NCBI RefSeq assembly: GCF_963921235.1
Contig: NC_086108.1
Span: 57,600,001 to 57,664,000, forward strand
Reading direction: 5' to 3'
From: Mobula hypostoma
Taxonomy: Eukaryota
DNA length: 64,000 bases
In this document: positions 24,020-37,179 of the stretch, in pieces
Layout: every line of letters starts with the position of its first letter
Numbering within the stretch: the first letter of the stretch is position 1
Made by a program: the position numbers and the translations under genes
Notes under the pieces: model-generated
Told to the model about the DNA's origin: nothing
Databases searched by the model: none
Seen by the model: the letters and a program-made list of their open reading frames with translations, nothing else

Positions 24020-24580
24020 TCAAGATGCCTATTGGGCCAATGTTCATCCCCCAACCTCATTATGGCAAATCAGAACACCCTGCTGTGCTTCCTCTCCCTA
24101 TACTGAAACAGTAGCTGAAATGGGAGGATCCAGTGCAGAAAGTCATTCAGCACTGGTTTGAATAAATAGATGAACTAACTACATGACTGCTTTAAGTCAA
24201 TAGATTGGTTTTTGTTCAAAGACTCAGCAGCCAGCCTAAGTGATAAACAAGAGTGTCAAAGGTTATGGGGAGAAGGCAAGAGACTGGAGTTGAGAGGGAA
24301 AATAAATCAGCTGTGAACAAATGGAGGAGCAGACTCAATTGGCCAAATGGCCTAATTCCGCTTTTACCATTTACGGTCTTATGAGTATGTCACCACCATC
24401 ACTAACTTTATCATCAAGTGTGGTAAGGACTGTGTACCACAGAGGACAGTCCGGGTGTTCCCAAACCTGATAACACAGATAAATCAGGATATTCACTCCC
24501 TGCTGAAGTCTAAGATTTCAGCATTTAAATCAGGTGAACTGACGTTTACAAGAAATCAAGATCTGGTCTCTGTGAAGCTT
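24020..24580 (+). mobile_element. Rex1/Babar endonuclease-linker fragment with a CR1 3' end inserted at ~24243-24381
   Basis: PHYGKSEHPAVLPLPI and LHDCFKSIDWFLFKDSA-like motifs. The inner segment matches CR1 3'UTR (compare 47890-48015). Confidence 0.55.
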
Positions 24581-24804
24581 CTAGGGACTTATTCACTTTG
24601 ATTTTGTTTAACCTAGTACTATGTCAATGCACTGTTGTAATGAATTGATCTATGTGAATAATACCCAAGATAAGCTTTTCACTCTACCTTGGTACATGTG
24701 GCAATGACTAACTTACCAGTACTCTTCACCATGTTACAGTAAATTGATGGGGGGGGGGGGGTGCAAAGAATATTAACGAAGATGTTGCCATGATTGGAAT
24801 GTAG

Positions 24805-26418
24805 TAGTGCCTATAAAAAGTATGCACCTCCTTGGAAATTTTCAAGTTTTATTGTTTTACAACATTAAATCACAGTGGATTTAATTTGACTTTTTTTGAT
24901 CAACAGGAAAAGACTCGATGTCAAAGTGGAAAAAAAAGATCTCTACGAAGTGATCTAAATTAATTACAAATGTAAAGCACAAAATAATTGATTCCATAAG
25001 TATTCACCCCCTTTAATATGACACACCAAATCATCACTGGTGCAGGCAATTGGTTTTAGAAGTCACATAATTGGTTAAGTGGAGATCACCTGTGTGCAGT
25101 GAAGCTGTTTCAATTGATTGTAGTAAAATACACCTGTCTGGAAAGTCCATTTGCTGGTGAGTCAGTATCCTAGCAAAAACTACACCATGAAGATAAAAGA
25201 ACACTCCAAGCAACTCTGTGAAAAGGTTATTGAAAAACATGAGGTGGGAGATGGATACAAGAGAATTTCCAAGTTTCTGAATATCCCTTGGAGTACAGTT
25301 AAATCAATCATCAAGAAATGGAAACAATATGACACAGCTGTAAAGCTGCCTAGAGCAGCTGTCCTCAAAAACTGAGTGACCGTACAAGAAAGGGACTAAT
25401 GAGGGAGGCCGCCAAGAGACCGGTGACAACTCTGGAAGACTTTCAAGCTTCAGTGGCTGAGATGGGAGAGACTGAATAAAACAACTGTTGCCTGGGTGTT
25501 TCACCAGCTTTATGGGAGAGTGGTAAAGAGAAAGCGAAAAAAAGTGCATAAAATCTCAACTAGAGTTTGCAAGATGGCATGTGGAAGACTCTGAAGTCAG
25601 CTGTAAGAAGGTTTTATTGTCTGATGAAACCAAAATTGAGCTTTTAGGCCATCAGACTAAACACTGTTTGGCATAAGCCAAATACTGTACACTGTAAATC
25701 ATCAAAAACACATCATCTCTACTGTAAAGCATGTGATGGCTGCATCATGCTGTGGAAATGTTTCATTGTAGCAGGCCCTGGAAGGCTTGTGAAGGTAGTG
25801 GGTAAAATGAATGCAGTAAAATACAGGGACAGCCTGGACAAAAACCTGATGCCATCTGCAAGAGAACTGTGACCTGGGAGAAGATTTGTTTACCAGCAAG
25901 ACAACACCCCCAAGCATAAAGCCAAAGCTACACAGGAATGGCTTAAAAACAATGAAGTTAATGCCCTGGAGTGGTGAAGTCAGAGTCCAGAACACAATCC
26001 AATTGAGAATTTGTGGCTGGACTTGAAAAGGGTTGTTCACTCACAATCCCCAAACAATCTGACAGAGCTTGAGCAGTTTTGTAAAGGAGAATGGGGGGAA
26101 ATTGCAGTATCCAGATATGCAAAGCTAATAGAGACCTATCCTCATAGACTTAAAGCTGTAATTGCTGCCAAAGGTGCATCTACTAAATACTGACTTGAAG
26201 GGGGTGAGTAATTATGCAATCAATTGTGTTGTTTTATAATTGTAACAAATTTACACCAATTTGTAGAAATTTGTTTTCACTTTGACATGAGAGTTTCTTT
26301 TCTGTTGATCAGTGTCAAAAAAGCCAAATTAAATCCATTGTGATTCAATGTTGTGAAACAATAAAACATGAAAACTTTCAATGGTGGGGGGGGGGGTTAA
26401 TACTTTTTATAGGCACTA
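24805..26418 (+). mobile_element. Full-length Tc1-family (IR/DR type, DD34E) DNA transposon, inactivated
   Basis: About 210-bp inverted repeats beginning AGTGCCTATAAAAAGTA, with an inner direct-repeat copy AAGTATTCACCCCC; 1.6 kb long; TA at the right flank; inserted into a CR1 remnant. Confidence 0.95.
25187..26193 (+). pseudogene. Tc1 transposase pseudogene
   Basis: [80 protein letters not shown]; several frameshifts and stops. Confidence 0.93.
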
Positions 26419-27429
26419 TAGCTATAAATAATTAATGGATAAACTAGAGTTACACACTCATGGTGGAGAAACTGAGCAAGTTAGGCAGTATCAATGTAGG
26501 GAAATAAACAGTCAATGTTTTGGACCAAGACACTTGAACAGGAGTGGGAAGGATAGGGGATGAAGTCAGAATCACTTACTGCTGCTCCTCTGTTCTCTTC
26601 TGTGCCTTCTACTCATCTCCCTTCCCCTTCACCTGATCTCATCTATCATCTGCCAGCTTGTTCTCCTTCCTCTCCCTCCACTTTATTACTTGAGACATCT
26701 TATGAGCATGGTGTATTACTTGAGGGGGAGACTTGGAGGTGATGTTATTCTCATACATGATATACTATTGTAGTGTAGGTAATGACATTAAGATATGCTA
26801 TTGGAATAGGCTTGATGAGTAACTGCAAGTATTTGTAAATTTTATACACTATTGTTGGTGGAGGTAGTGAATATTTAAGACCTGGATTAATAGCTCATAG
26901 AGATGAGTTCAAAAGCTAACATGGCATTTCTGTAATTGAAATTCAGTTAATAAGTAATTTGGTAATTATCACAAAACTATTGCATCACAAAATAAAACTC
27001 TGGTTCATTATGGATGTCAGGCATTATATCTTCTATCTTTACTAGGTCTTGTCAATATGTCATTTGGATCTTTACTGGATCTTACCAATGATGTCACTTG
27101 TTATTTATTCATTTTTCAGAATCTGGGTGTTACTGACAAGACCAGTATTTATTGCTCATCCTAAAATGCCCTTGGGAAGATCATGGTGAGTCACCTTCAT
27201 AGAGTGCTGCTGCCCTTCTGGTGAAGGGTCTCTGACAGTGCTACTGCTGAGAGACTTCCATGATTTAACCCATCATCATTAAAAGTGATGAAGAAAGAAT
27301 GGTGACATTTTCAAGTCAGATGATGGGCAGCATGGAAACACCATCTCTTCCAGGTTCCTCTCCGTGTGTCTTCTGCCCTTAACCTCTTTGTTGGACTCCT
27401 TTAATACTTTCTAAAATGCCTGAATAAGC

Positions 27430-30400
27430 CACTCAGTTGTACCAAAAGCTCTTCATAAAGTTTTTGGTACAACCCAGAACTGACCAGGATACTGAATTCG
27501 TATATAGGAAAAGAAAACCCTACAAAGTTTGTCTTACAAACCTCTGGCAACTGGTGTCTAAGATGTGTGAGCTGCTCCATTGACTGATCAAGAAACAGCC
27601 TGAACATTTTATACCTGGCAGACAATGTGTCAGATTTCTTCATCATAACCCCTGGTTAGACCAGAGGGACAATATAATTGTATACAAGAATGAAAATAAA
27701 CATCTGGAAGTTGTGAGGAGTGATTCCAGAGCTAAGATGAAGATTTTACCAGCGCTCAGGTAAAATCTGGACATGTCCAGATTTCCAACTGTCTTCCCTT
27801 AGCTGAAAAGTCAGTGTATCTCCACTTTGAACAATGAGACCAGAAGAGACTAATCAGTCCCCGAGTCTTCTCCATCATTCAATAAGATCATTATATATCA
27901 TTCTAAATGGGTAGCCTCTTACATTCCCACATGAAACTCCATCTTGCAATGTCTTATCCATTTACTTAACCAATCTACATTCTCTGTCCTCTTCATTACT
28001 TGATAGCCCATTTTCATATCTACTAGCCCTATTCCCATGCACTTTTATCTAGTACTGTAATCTTTTGGCTTTTAATCAAATGCCTTTTGGAAATTGAATA
28101 CACTCCTGATTTCCCCTTTAATCTACCCTGTTTGTTACATTATCAAAGAACAATGACATATGTCAAACATATTCATCTTATACTATTTTGATTCTGCTTG
28201 ATTGTTATATGAATTTCTAAATGTCCCCTCATTTACTGCCCTATTAATTGATTCCTGCATTTTCCAAGTAAATAGTATTAGGCTAACTGACCATAGTTTC
28301 CTGCTTCCCGTATTTCCCCTTATTGATTTGTGAATTTATGTATTCCACTCTTCTGGGATCGTGGAGGGATCCCAGAACTTCCAGAAGCATAATTCCACTA
28401 TCTGTGACCATTTCCTTTAAGGCTCAGTATGCAGGTTATGAGGTCTGGGGACCATACTAGCCATTAAAACATTAAGAAAAAAGGAGTGCAGTGGATTTTG
28501 GTTTATTTGCCATTTGTTCATTGGGGCAATGCTTATTTGGGCCAACTTTTTTAAAAAAAAAACTAATTAAGAAAATGGCTGGGATTCCTTTTGATAATTT
28601 GGGACTCTATGCCACTTAACTGGGGCAGGAGACCAAAACTGATTCCAAAAGGCATTTGATTAAAAGCCAAAAGAACACTGCAGCATATGCTAGAAATTCC
28701 TCTATTAGGAACAGATCTATAGTTTTATAATACTGCAGTGGTATTGATAGTGTTCTATTTTGTTCTGTATTTCATTTAAATACATGTTACTTAGTTAAAT
28801 GGTAGTTTGCCTTTTTTATATACCTTTTTAACAATTTCCTTGAAACTTTGGCTAATTGGGGCAGTTGCTTAATTGGCTAAAATGGACCCAGCCTGATGTG
28901 TTCCAATTAACTGCAATCCACTGTGCTGTGCAACACTTGTAATAAAAAAAACACAAAGTAGTAATGTGCTCTGGGTGAAGTACCACAATATCTATCAGCA
29001 AATGTAGATTGATAGCACCATCATTGATTGAGTAGGCCGAATCCTGAAGGAAGTATTGACAATCTGCCTCTTCAGCGGGTAAGGAATTAACTAATCAAAG
29101 AGATGAGCATACTTGATCTGGTCCCTCATTAATCTCCTTCAGGCATATACATCTCTCCATTATAGTAACAGAAGTAACCATGGAACTATCCATGTCAGGA
29201 CAAAGTCCAATACTCATATTCGGGACATTCTCTATCATATTGTTGGCACAATTTAGCATTATAAACATCATAGACTTGGGAAGAGCTTAAAACTGTGCAG
29301 CCAGGGAGTGCATCACTAGAATTTAAAACCCTCCATGGCCTGACACTTCACATCCTGAGGGGTGTTAAAATCAAATAAGGAGATCATCATTAGCTAAACG
29401 AGAACACACAGGCATTTTCCACTTTATCCCCATTAACCCAGTCTTTTGATGCTATGCTTAACCAAATGCTCCCTCGATGTCGGGAAAGTGGCTTTCAGAT
29501 CAGATCTAGGAATTTAGCTGTTTGGTCCATAGTTGGATTACATAGCTATAAAGAAAATCTTGAAAAAGCTCGGGTAAAACTGAGTAAATGAGCACCAAGT
29601 AGAAAATAATCCAATGGTTGTAGTCTTAAAGGAAGGTGGTAACAGTTGTTGAAATCCAACTCTCAGGCCATTGCCTTGTGACATCTCCTGAACCCATCCA
29701 TCAGTGGTTGTCCTGATATCAGAAATATGATGATTTCTAATTGCATAAAGTTAATTTCATTCAGCAACTCACCACTTGAGGTAAAATCAAAACAAATTGA
29801 GGCATAGTTTCTAAAATGACAAGTATTGGGCTTGCCTCAAATATGCCACATAATCACCATCTACAATGAGAAAGTTTAATCATCCATTCTTATTATGGAG
29901 TGGTATTTCTATGCCTACACTTTACAATCAGTACACCAGGAACCATCATTAATCGGAATCTTGAATGAACCAGCCACATTAAAAATATAGTTGTAAGAAT
30001 AGGTCTGAGCTAGCTCATATCTATGAGTGAATGTCTGTTGTCCATACTTGACAAAACTTTGCCAGTATCTGCAGGGCTCAGGAGTGTGACAAAATACTCA
30101 TCTGGATAAACCCAGCTTCATGAATTCTCACGGATCTGGGGCAAAGCAGTCTGCTTGATTATAACCCCTTTGATCAACGTAATCACGGATTCTCTCCATA
30201 ACTGGTGCACTATGACTGCTAAGTTTAGCATTTGCAAACTATGCTGCAGTTACTTGTCTATTCTCCTCTCCCTGCACCACCTCCTATTTACAATCTCAAC
30301 CCCCAAGAAGGGCAGTTCCATGTTTCCCTTCTGATCACGTACCATTCTCACTTGAAAATATATTGCTATTTTTTCTATGTTGTTGGATTCAAATCCAGAA

Positions 30401-30500
30401 ACACTCATACTTATAGTATTATGGGACTAACTTCACCAGAGGAAGGCAGTGGGTCAAGAAGGTGGTTCACCACCCCATTTCAAGGGCAGTTGAATAGATA
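27430..30500 (+). mobile_element. Very old CR1/L2-group LINE remnant, with a nested minus-strand CR1 (~27835-28460) and a MITE
   Basis: Degenerate endonuclease motifs (for example ILDLV near 29105-29125) and a 3' region resembling other LINE remnants; no long ORF. Confidence 0.4.
28489..28923. mobile_element. Tigger/pogo-like MITE
   Basis: TIR CAGTGGATT / AATCCACTG; subterminal AATTGGGGCA-type repeats; TG on both flanks. Confidence 0.7.
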
Positions 30501-30594
30501 GCAAGACTTGCATCCTGAGGGGGAAAAACTCATTTTTAGGGATTCTTGTGAAGGATTCTTAACCAGTTTCTTTTTACCTAATTTTTTTTTTCAG

Positions 30595-30792
30595 TATCTG
30601 CTGATCATTGATACTGTTCAGCTCAGCTCTGACACTAGTCATCATTATTTCTTATGGAACTTGTGGAAAATTGAAGATGGATAAATTGAAGAACAGACTG
30701 ATGATACACACTTAGTCTGTTCTCCATGTGTCAAGCACTGTGTCTTCCTTACACCTAATAAGAATGAATTCAACCATTCATATATATACATG
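30595..30792 (+). other. Candidate 198-nt non-coding or 5'UTR exon
   Basis: Branch-like CTAAT, then T11 and CAG acceptor; ends CATG|GTAAGT. All three frames contain stops; lies in a repeat-poor block. Confidence 0.4.
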
Positions 30793-32747
30793 GTAAGTGA
30801 CATACATTTAAATTTCACGCAAGTGTGTTTCTCTTGTGGAAGTGGAATAACTGTTTCAATTTCTTCAATTGATTAACTTCGTCTTACAAATTTTGAAATT
30901 CTGAAACTGAGTTGCACAGCTTATTATTTTGGTGTTACCAGTTAAATTCAATCAACATTGCTAAATAAATTGCATATTTTTTGGATGAAAAATAATTAAA
31001 AGTATGCATTCTGGGATTAACTATATTATGCCTGGTTCCTTTATGTACTGTAAGAGTTGCACGTCAATCTTCAAGTTTGAAAATACTTGAGATTGATTAT
31101 AGTCAACACTTCTGTTAACTTTTTAGTATTTGCATTGTGTGGAATGGTGTTATGGCTACTGATCAATCTTCAATGTTTTCCATTGGATTAGATAAATAAT
31201 ACTGTAAATGCCTTGAAAAGGAAGAGTATGTTTGATGAACAGTTATTTCTTGACTGTTCTGATTATCATTATGATGACTTTAGCAGATCAATTAGCATGG
31301 AAGTACCTTTTTGTTGATGATTCTTTAAGTGCAGAGTAAAGGATGTACCAGTTGTGAAGTATTCAGTACTGAACTCAAATTGACTTTCAGGAGTACTATC
31401 TTGTGAAGAATTAAGATTTTGAAACTTGTGCTGTATAATATATATTTTCTCTGCTGCTTTAGTACAACATAATTTGCTTGAAATGATTATTACCTTTCAA
31501 GTTGAGTTCTGATTTGGTCCTGACGTGCTACCTGCTGTGATGCTTGTATAAAATTTAAATGATTTTGTAAGTTAGATAATACATTTAATTATTAAAGATT
31601 AAAACAAAATAAATAAAACACAATTACTTTATCTATTTTAGCCTAATCTTCAGGTTAGGAATCCCAATTCAGATGATGGGGTGGGGAGGGGGGGTGGGAT
31701 TAATGTCTTACATTAGGTCGGGCTGACAGATCTGAGAGAGAGATTTCACAGCAAAATAGAGTTTCAGGAAACTGAAAGAGAAGACTCTTTACACATTATT
31801 AAATATTTTATGACCAGTACTATTTCTGGTTCAAGAGCATGCTGCCCTAAAACCTGGTCTAAAATGTTGGTCTTTATGAATGAAAACAGTGGTATTGCCT
31901 GTTGAGTTGAAACAAATCCAGGACTTCTACAGAGGCATTGTCATATGTTGAAGTTGTAAACTACTGTGCTCATTTTCTGTTTGACTATTTGGAAATCCCA
32001 ATCATGCAGTCTCTGTGTTGATTGCTTACCTTATTTCTAGATTTTCTGACAAATTTTGTAAAAATACTTCTTACCAATAGTAATTTTCCTTTTCTTCCAG
32101 TTTCCTGCCTTCTCTAAATACCTTCTTAACACAATTGTTAACCCCCAAACAATAACTTTTGCTTATGCCATTAGAGAGAAGTAGAGATTAAAGAGTTTAA
32201 AGACAGAATTCCAGAGCACAGATCTTTGTCAAAAGGTATGAGCATCAGAAGTGGGCAGATCTAGAGGGATACCAAATAGTTTGGTAGTATGGTAATGAAA
32301 AAGGAATGGGAAAATCCATGGAGTGATGTGATCACATGGATTTCAATTCTAAATTTTAGCTTTTGGTGTGCTGGGAGCAAACAAGATGGGTATATGTATC
32401 TTGATGTGAATTAGGATATAGCAGCAGAATTTTGGATGAACTGACATGGATTGTAGGAAATGGATACAGACCAGAAGAGTACTCAAAGACTCAATTCTGG
32501 AAGAAATAACAGTGGCAAATTATTTGAGATATTGACTCAATCAATCTATTTCAGCTGGAGCTGAACTATTGGCGGCCCATCAGTTACAAGTGCCTGACTT
32601 GTATACACCCTACATAGAAAGGAGTTCCCACCATATTATTACATTGAGAAGTCCTATGAACAGTAGAACCAATTTCCCCTTTTGCTCTACTTTTAGTAAT
32701 TATTTCTTATAAATCTTCTGTGCTTTGATGCCATTCCATTGTGGAAG

Positions 32748-33325
32748 TGAAGTGAGTGAGGGCCTCTGTCGGTCAAGTTGACCATAGACATTGCGTAGTA
32801 GCTGTCTAGATATGCAAGCCCAGGCAGTACAATATGGAGAGCAAGCTGTTGTCCATGCAGCAAGCTCACCCTCTCCACGCATCTGATGAACCCAAAAGAA
32901 TGGCAGAGACCAATGCAGATTGGTACCCAGCAGCATGGCAAGAGTTGGCAGTCAACAGTGAACTCAATGTAGGATTGCCTTCGGGAATCCAGCTCTGGAT
33001 TTTTTTCTTTCAGGGTTTACTCCCAAAGCCTTCCCTTTGAGTGGGTATAGCCGCAAGGCAGCAGAGGTTTGAGTTCTGAGTTTTCCTTCTCCTAGATGAG
33101 CTGCCAACCATGGCTGATGAGCCCCATCTGCCCGAAACATCAGTAACCCTCCTTTGCCCCTTCTCCTGTCAGTAGAAATGGTTCTTTCAGGTTTAGTAGC
33201 TGAGCCACACATGAAGGCCAGGAGCTGGACTTGATTGTCAGAGGCTATTTGAGGTGCATGCCATTGGGAACATATTATAGGTAGTGGGTGCCTGATCCCC
33301 TTACTACCCCTGGCTAAAATAAACT
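32748..33325 (-). mobile_element. Non-autonomous RTE-related short element
   Basis: No ORF; 3' tail of TCAC repeats; 3' module shared with the SINE at 48051-48357; structured 5' end. Confidence 0.6.
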
Positions 33326-34489
33326 TAAGGTTACCATATCAAGTGATTTAATTTTTGTGTAATTTTTAACTTGCAGCTTTTTACTTGGGGATAGATAAGG
33401 TTCAGGAAAGATGGCAGGGATATTTGAGGTGACATTCTTTGACCATGAAGAGTAATAGCAGATCAGACATGGGTAATAATTTGTGCTGGCAAAGGCTTAT
33501 TTGTAGGAGCGGGTGATGGAGGCAAGTTTGAAAGTAGCATAATGAAAGGGTACCTTTTACAATATTGGCATATGTGATCATTGGAAGGTAATTTAATTGG
33601 TCTGTGGTTTGTTGGGAATAGAAGGTAGTCCTTGCAAACAAGATGAGGTTGAAGTGGATATTATAGAAGATAGTAGGAAAATGTATTAATTCAGCTTTGA
33701 GAGAAGTGGAGTTCATGGGGAAATGTTTCGTTCGTGCATTAGGGTAAAGGAAAGCTGAAGCAGAGGTTTTTTTTAATAAGATAATCTTGCCATTAGGGAC
33801 AAAAATGTCTGAGGCCATTTAAGACAAATGATTGAGGGGGTAGATGAATGTGGATGGTGATGTGTATGTGTGGATGACAGGAAGTAAACTGATAAGAGGG
33901 ACAAGTGAATTAAGTTGGAACTTGAAGTTTCCAAGAATAATTTGTCTCTGTGCAGTGGATAAGAAAAATTGAGGGTATATTTTTATGGAAAACTTAATTT
34001 AGGTCCTGTGTATTCATTAATCAAAGTGGAGTTGGCCACGTTTCAGCGTTTTCCCTCAGGTTTTACCTTCCCAGTATGACTGCGCAAGTATCTTGCTCAA
34101 AGAAAGTCCAGAAAAATAAATATCTATACCACTATTATTGACATGTTTCACTTTTTTTCTGAGGCCTAATGCTTTTCTTCTGGAAGTTTGTCTCAATTTT
34201 TCAATAAATCTATGGAAGCTGATACTCATCGCACTCTGTAATTTTCTTTTGTATGCTTTCACTAATTGTGATTTACAATTAAATGTAAGCTATTCAAACA
34301 GATCAATGAAAGGACTAGAATAATGCCTGAAAGAATAAAGAGGAGAAACACAAGCACATAGTCCCTGCTAGGCATAGCTGCCTAGGAATTCATTATTGGC
34401 TCACATTACAGCATTAGTTCATCTCTTATAATTGAATGCAGTAATAAAGGTGCAAAATCTAGTTTAGTTCCAATCATTATTAGTAATTA

Positions 34490-35035
34490 GTTTATCATTG
34501 TCACACTTAAAGAGATGCTCTAAAAACCTTTTGTCTTCATGACATCCACACAGGTCATTTCATATCGAAGTACATCGAGATGGCACAAAAGAAAAACAAT
34601 CAGAATGCAGAATACAGCTGTTACAGGAAAAAGTGCAGTTCATGAATACAAATTCAAGGGTCATAATGTAGATTGTGAGATCAAGAGTTCAATTTTTTTT
34701 TCTTTTTTATATTGTAGAAGCAGTTTGTTCAGGATCCTGTTACCGCAGGTTAGAAGCTGTCTTTGAATCCAGTGGTATGTGTTCTCAGGCTTCTTCCATC
34801 TTCTGCCAAATGGGTGAGGGGAAGAAAAGAGAATGACCAGGGAGAACGGGGTTCTTGATGATGTTGGCTGCTTTCCTGAGGAAATAGGAAGTGTAGACAG
34901 AGTTAATGAAGGGGAGGCTGATTTTCATGATAGACTGGGCTGCATTGCCAACTCTGAAGCTTCTTGTTGTCTTGGCAGTGAGGTTGCCGTACCAAGCTGT
35001 GATGCATCTGGCTAAGATGGTTTCTATGGTGCATT
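34490..35035 (-). mobile_element. Rex1/Babar-type 3' end
   Basis: Homologous to 4440-4800. Confidence 0.65.
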
Positions 35036-36766
35036 TGTCCTACAAGTAATGGATTCTTATATTGATAAGAGGTGAGGATATGATTATAAAAATAAAAAAA
35101 AGTTATGGGCGCTGGAAATCTGAAACTTAAAAATAGAAAATGCTGGAGATGATCACCAGATCAGACATCATCTGTGAAAAGAAATTATCTTCCAAGGATC
35201 TATGACCTGAAAGGTTGACTCTGTGCTTCTCTTCACAACACTGGACCTGGTGAGGCATTTCCAGCTTTTTCTGAGGATATTTTTGTCTCAGCCTTGCCCT
35301 TCTTCCAGAGTTTTTTTTTCTCTTCTCCTTTCCTCTTTTCCTCTCTCGCCGTCTCCACTCCTTCATGAATGATTGTTGAATAAGGTCCACGGGTGAAGTT
35401 CTAAAAGTTTGTTCCCAGTGATGTGGTAATTCCTTCATAGATCTATGGCCTTAATATGCAAATATTTGTTAAATTGCTGTCTGTTGGATAAAATGTGGTG
35501 TGATGTACTGATCAGTTTTTTAAAAAGCTGTTTATTTCTAATGTAAAGATTGAAGAAAAATTCCAAAGTTAATACTGTTCCATGACAATTCTGCCTGAAA
35601 ATGGGGCAACCTTGCTGTGTGTTTTGCTGCGTTATATAATCTGAACAACTCAGTATTTAAACTAATCATAGGCATCAAGCAATTATTTGCAATTTAACAT
35701 TACTTCAGCTGAAGTAACTTATTTACTCCTAATTAATTGAAACAAATTGTGCATGTATATAATTCAAGATTACCTCTTATTCTGTATTTTTTCCTCACAT
35801 AATAAACAGAATGATCCATTTCAGCAGATTTAGAAATAGAATGTAAATAGAAAAACAGAAAATTTAGTGGAATGATTGTCACTTTCAACCCGGATTACTT
35901 GTGTTTATTCTCTTCATCAAGGAACTGTTTTCAAATATTTCTTGTGCAAGTATTATTGTTTTGAGTCATAATTTATAAAATCCATTATAGCTTTAAATGG
36001 ACACTTTGTTAAACCAAAATGTTGCTTTCCTTCGTGAAGCTACTCCTTTCCTCAAATCACTGACTCTTGTATATGATCCTACAAAATATCAACTGACTGC
36101 CTATTGCTCATCTTTTAAAATTAGCAGATTTTTATTCTGTCTAATTCTAATATAACATTACAATTGTGATTTGAAAAAATAAAACATAATTTACGTCAAG
36201 AGAATGAAACTTGAAGATTTCCCTCCTATCTCAATTTTGATTGCCAGGGATGCTGATGCCAGATGTGTTTAAAGTACTGTTAGTTTATTCTGAGCTCTAT
36301 CAAGGAAGATTTACCAAATAGTAGAGAAAATTATTCAACTATGTGCTCAAAGCTTTCTTGAAGTGGTTCGCCCCCCAGGGCCCTGGGAAATTTTGGTTCA
36401 TGGCGATACAAACTAGTGAAGGAGCATGGTGGATTTTTAGGGAGAATCTCAAGGCCATTTGTCAGGATTGCAGAATCAGTTTTATTATCACTGACATATG
36501 TCATGAAACTTGTTTTGTGGCAGTACTATAATGCAATGCATAAAAAATTGCTGCAAGCTACAATAAGAAATATAAAAAATAAATCATGTATTTTAGTGGT
36601 ATTGTTTTTTTTATTGTCACTTGTACCAAGATAGAGTGGAAAGCTTTTCTTGAACACTGTTCATACAGATCCCGTCATTGCACAGTGCACTAGGGTAAAA
36701 CAAGGTAAACAATGTAAAATAATAACAATACAGAATAAAGTGTGAAAGCTACAGAGAAAGTGCAGT

Positions 36767-36931
36767 CCTATCATAAACAAGGGAAAATCTGCAGATGCTG
36801 GAAATCCAAGCAACACACACAAAATGTTGGAGGAACTCAGCAGGCCAGGCAGCATATACGGGAAAGAGTACAGTCGATATTTAGGGCCGAGACTCTTCAT
36901 CAGGATTAGGAGAAAAAGATGAGTCAGAGTA
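36767..36931 (-). mobile_element. PLE 3' tail (mutated hammerhead) inserted in Rex1-type 3'UTR sequence
   Basis: 12-bp TSD AGAAAGTGCAGT at 36755-36766 and 36932-36943. Confidence 0.8.
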
Positions 36932-37179
36932 AGAAAGTGCAGTGCAGGTAAACGATAGAGTGCACGATCATAACAAGATAGATTGTGTGATCAATTGGAT
37001 GTAATTACCTCTACTCCCATGTGCCGTAATTTATTTAAGTAATCTGTGTGGTACCTAACTGAAGCCCTTTTCCGAAAGTGGAAATGTACCAGATTGATTG
37101 GTTCAGGCCTTCCCTGTTCTGCTCATTATGCCAACTATACCAAAAGATTTGTCAAATACAATTTCCTTTTCTTTAATAA

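Noticed and set aside
32101..32235. Possible exon (TTCCAG| ... AAG|GTATGA)
   Set aside because: Stops in all frames and it overlaps what looks like an old L2-type remnant.
33114..33141. Plus-strand CTGATGA...GAAAC hammerhead-like motif
   Set aside because: The intervening GCCCCATCTGCCC cannot form stem II and there is no stem I; it is antisense to the element.
33402..33818. 138-aa minus-strand ORF
   Set aside because: No motif recognised; purine-rich degenerate sequence, probably an ancient repeat.
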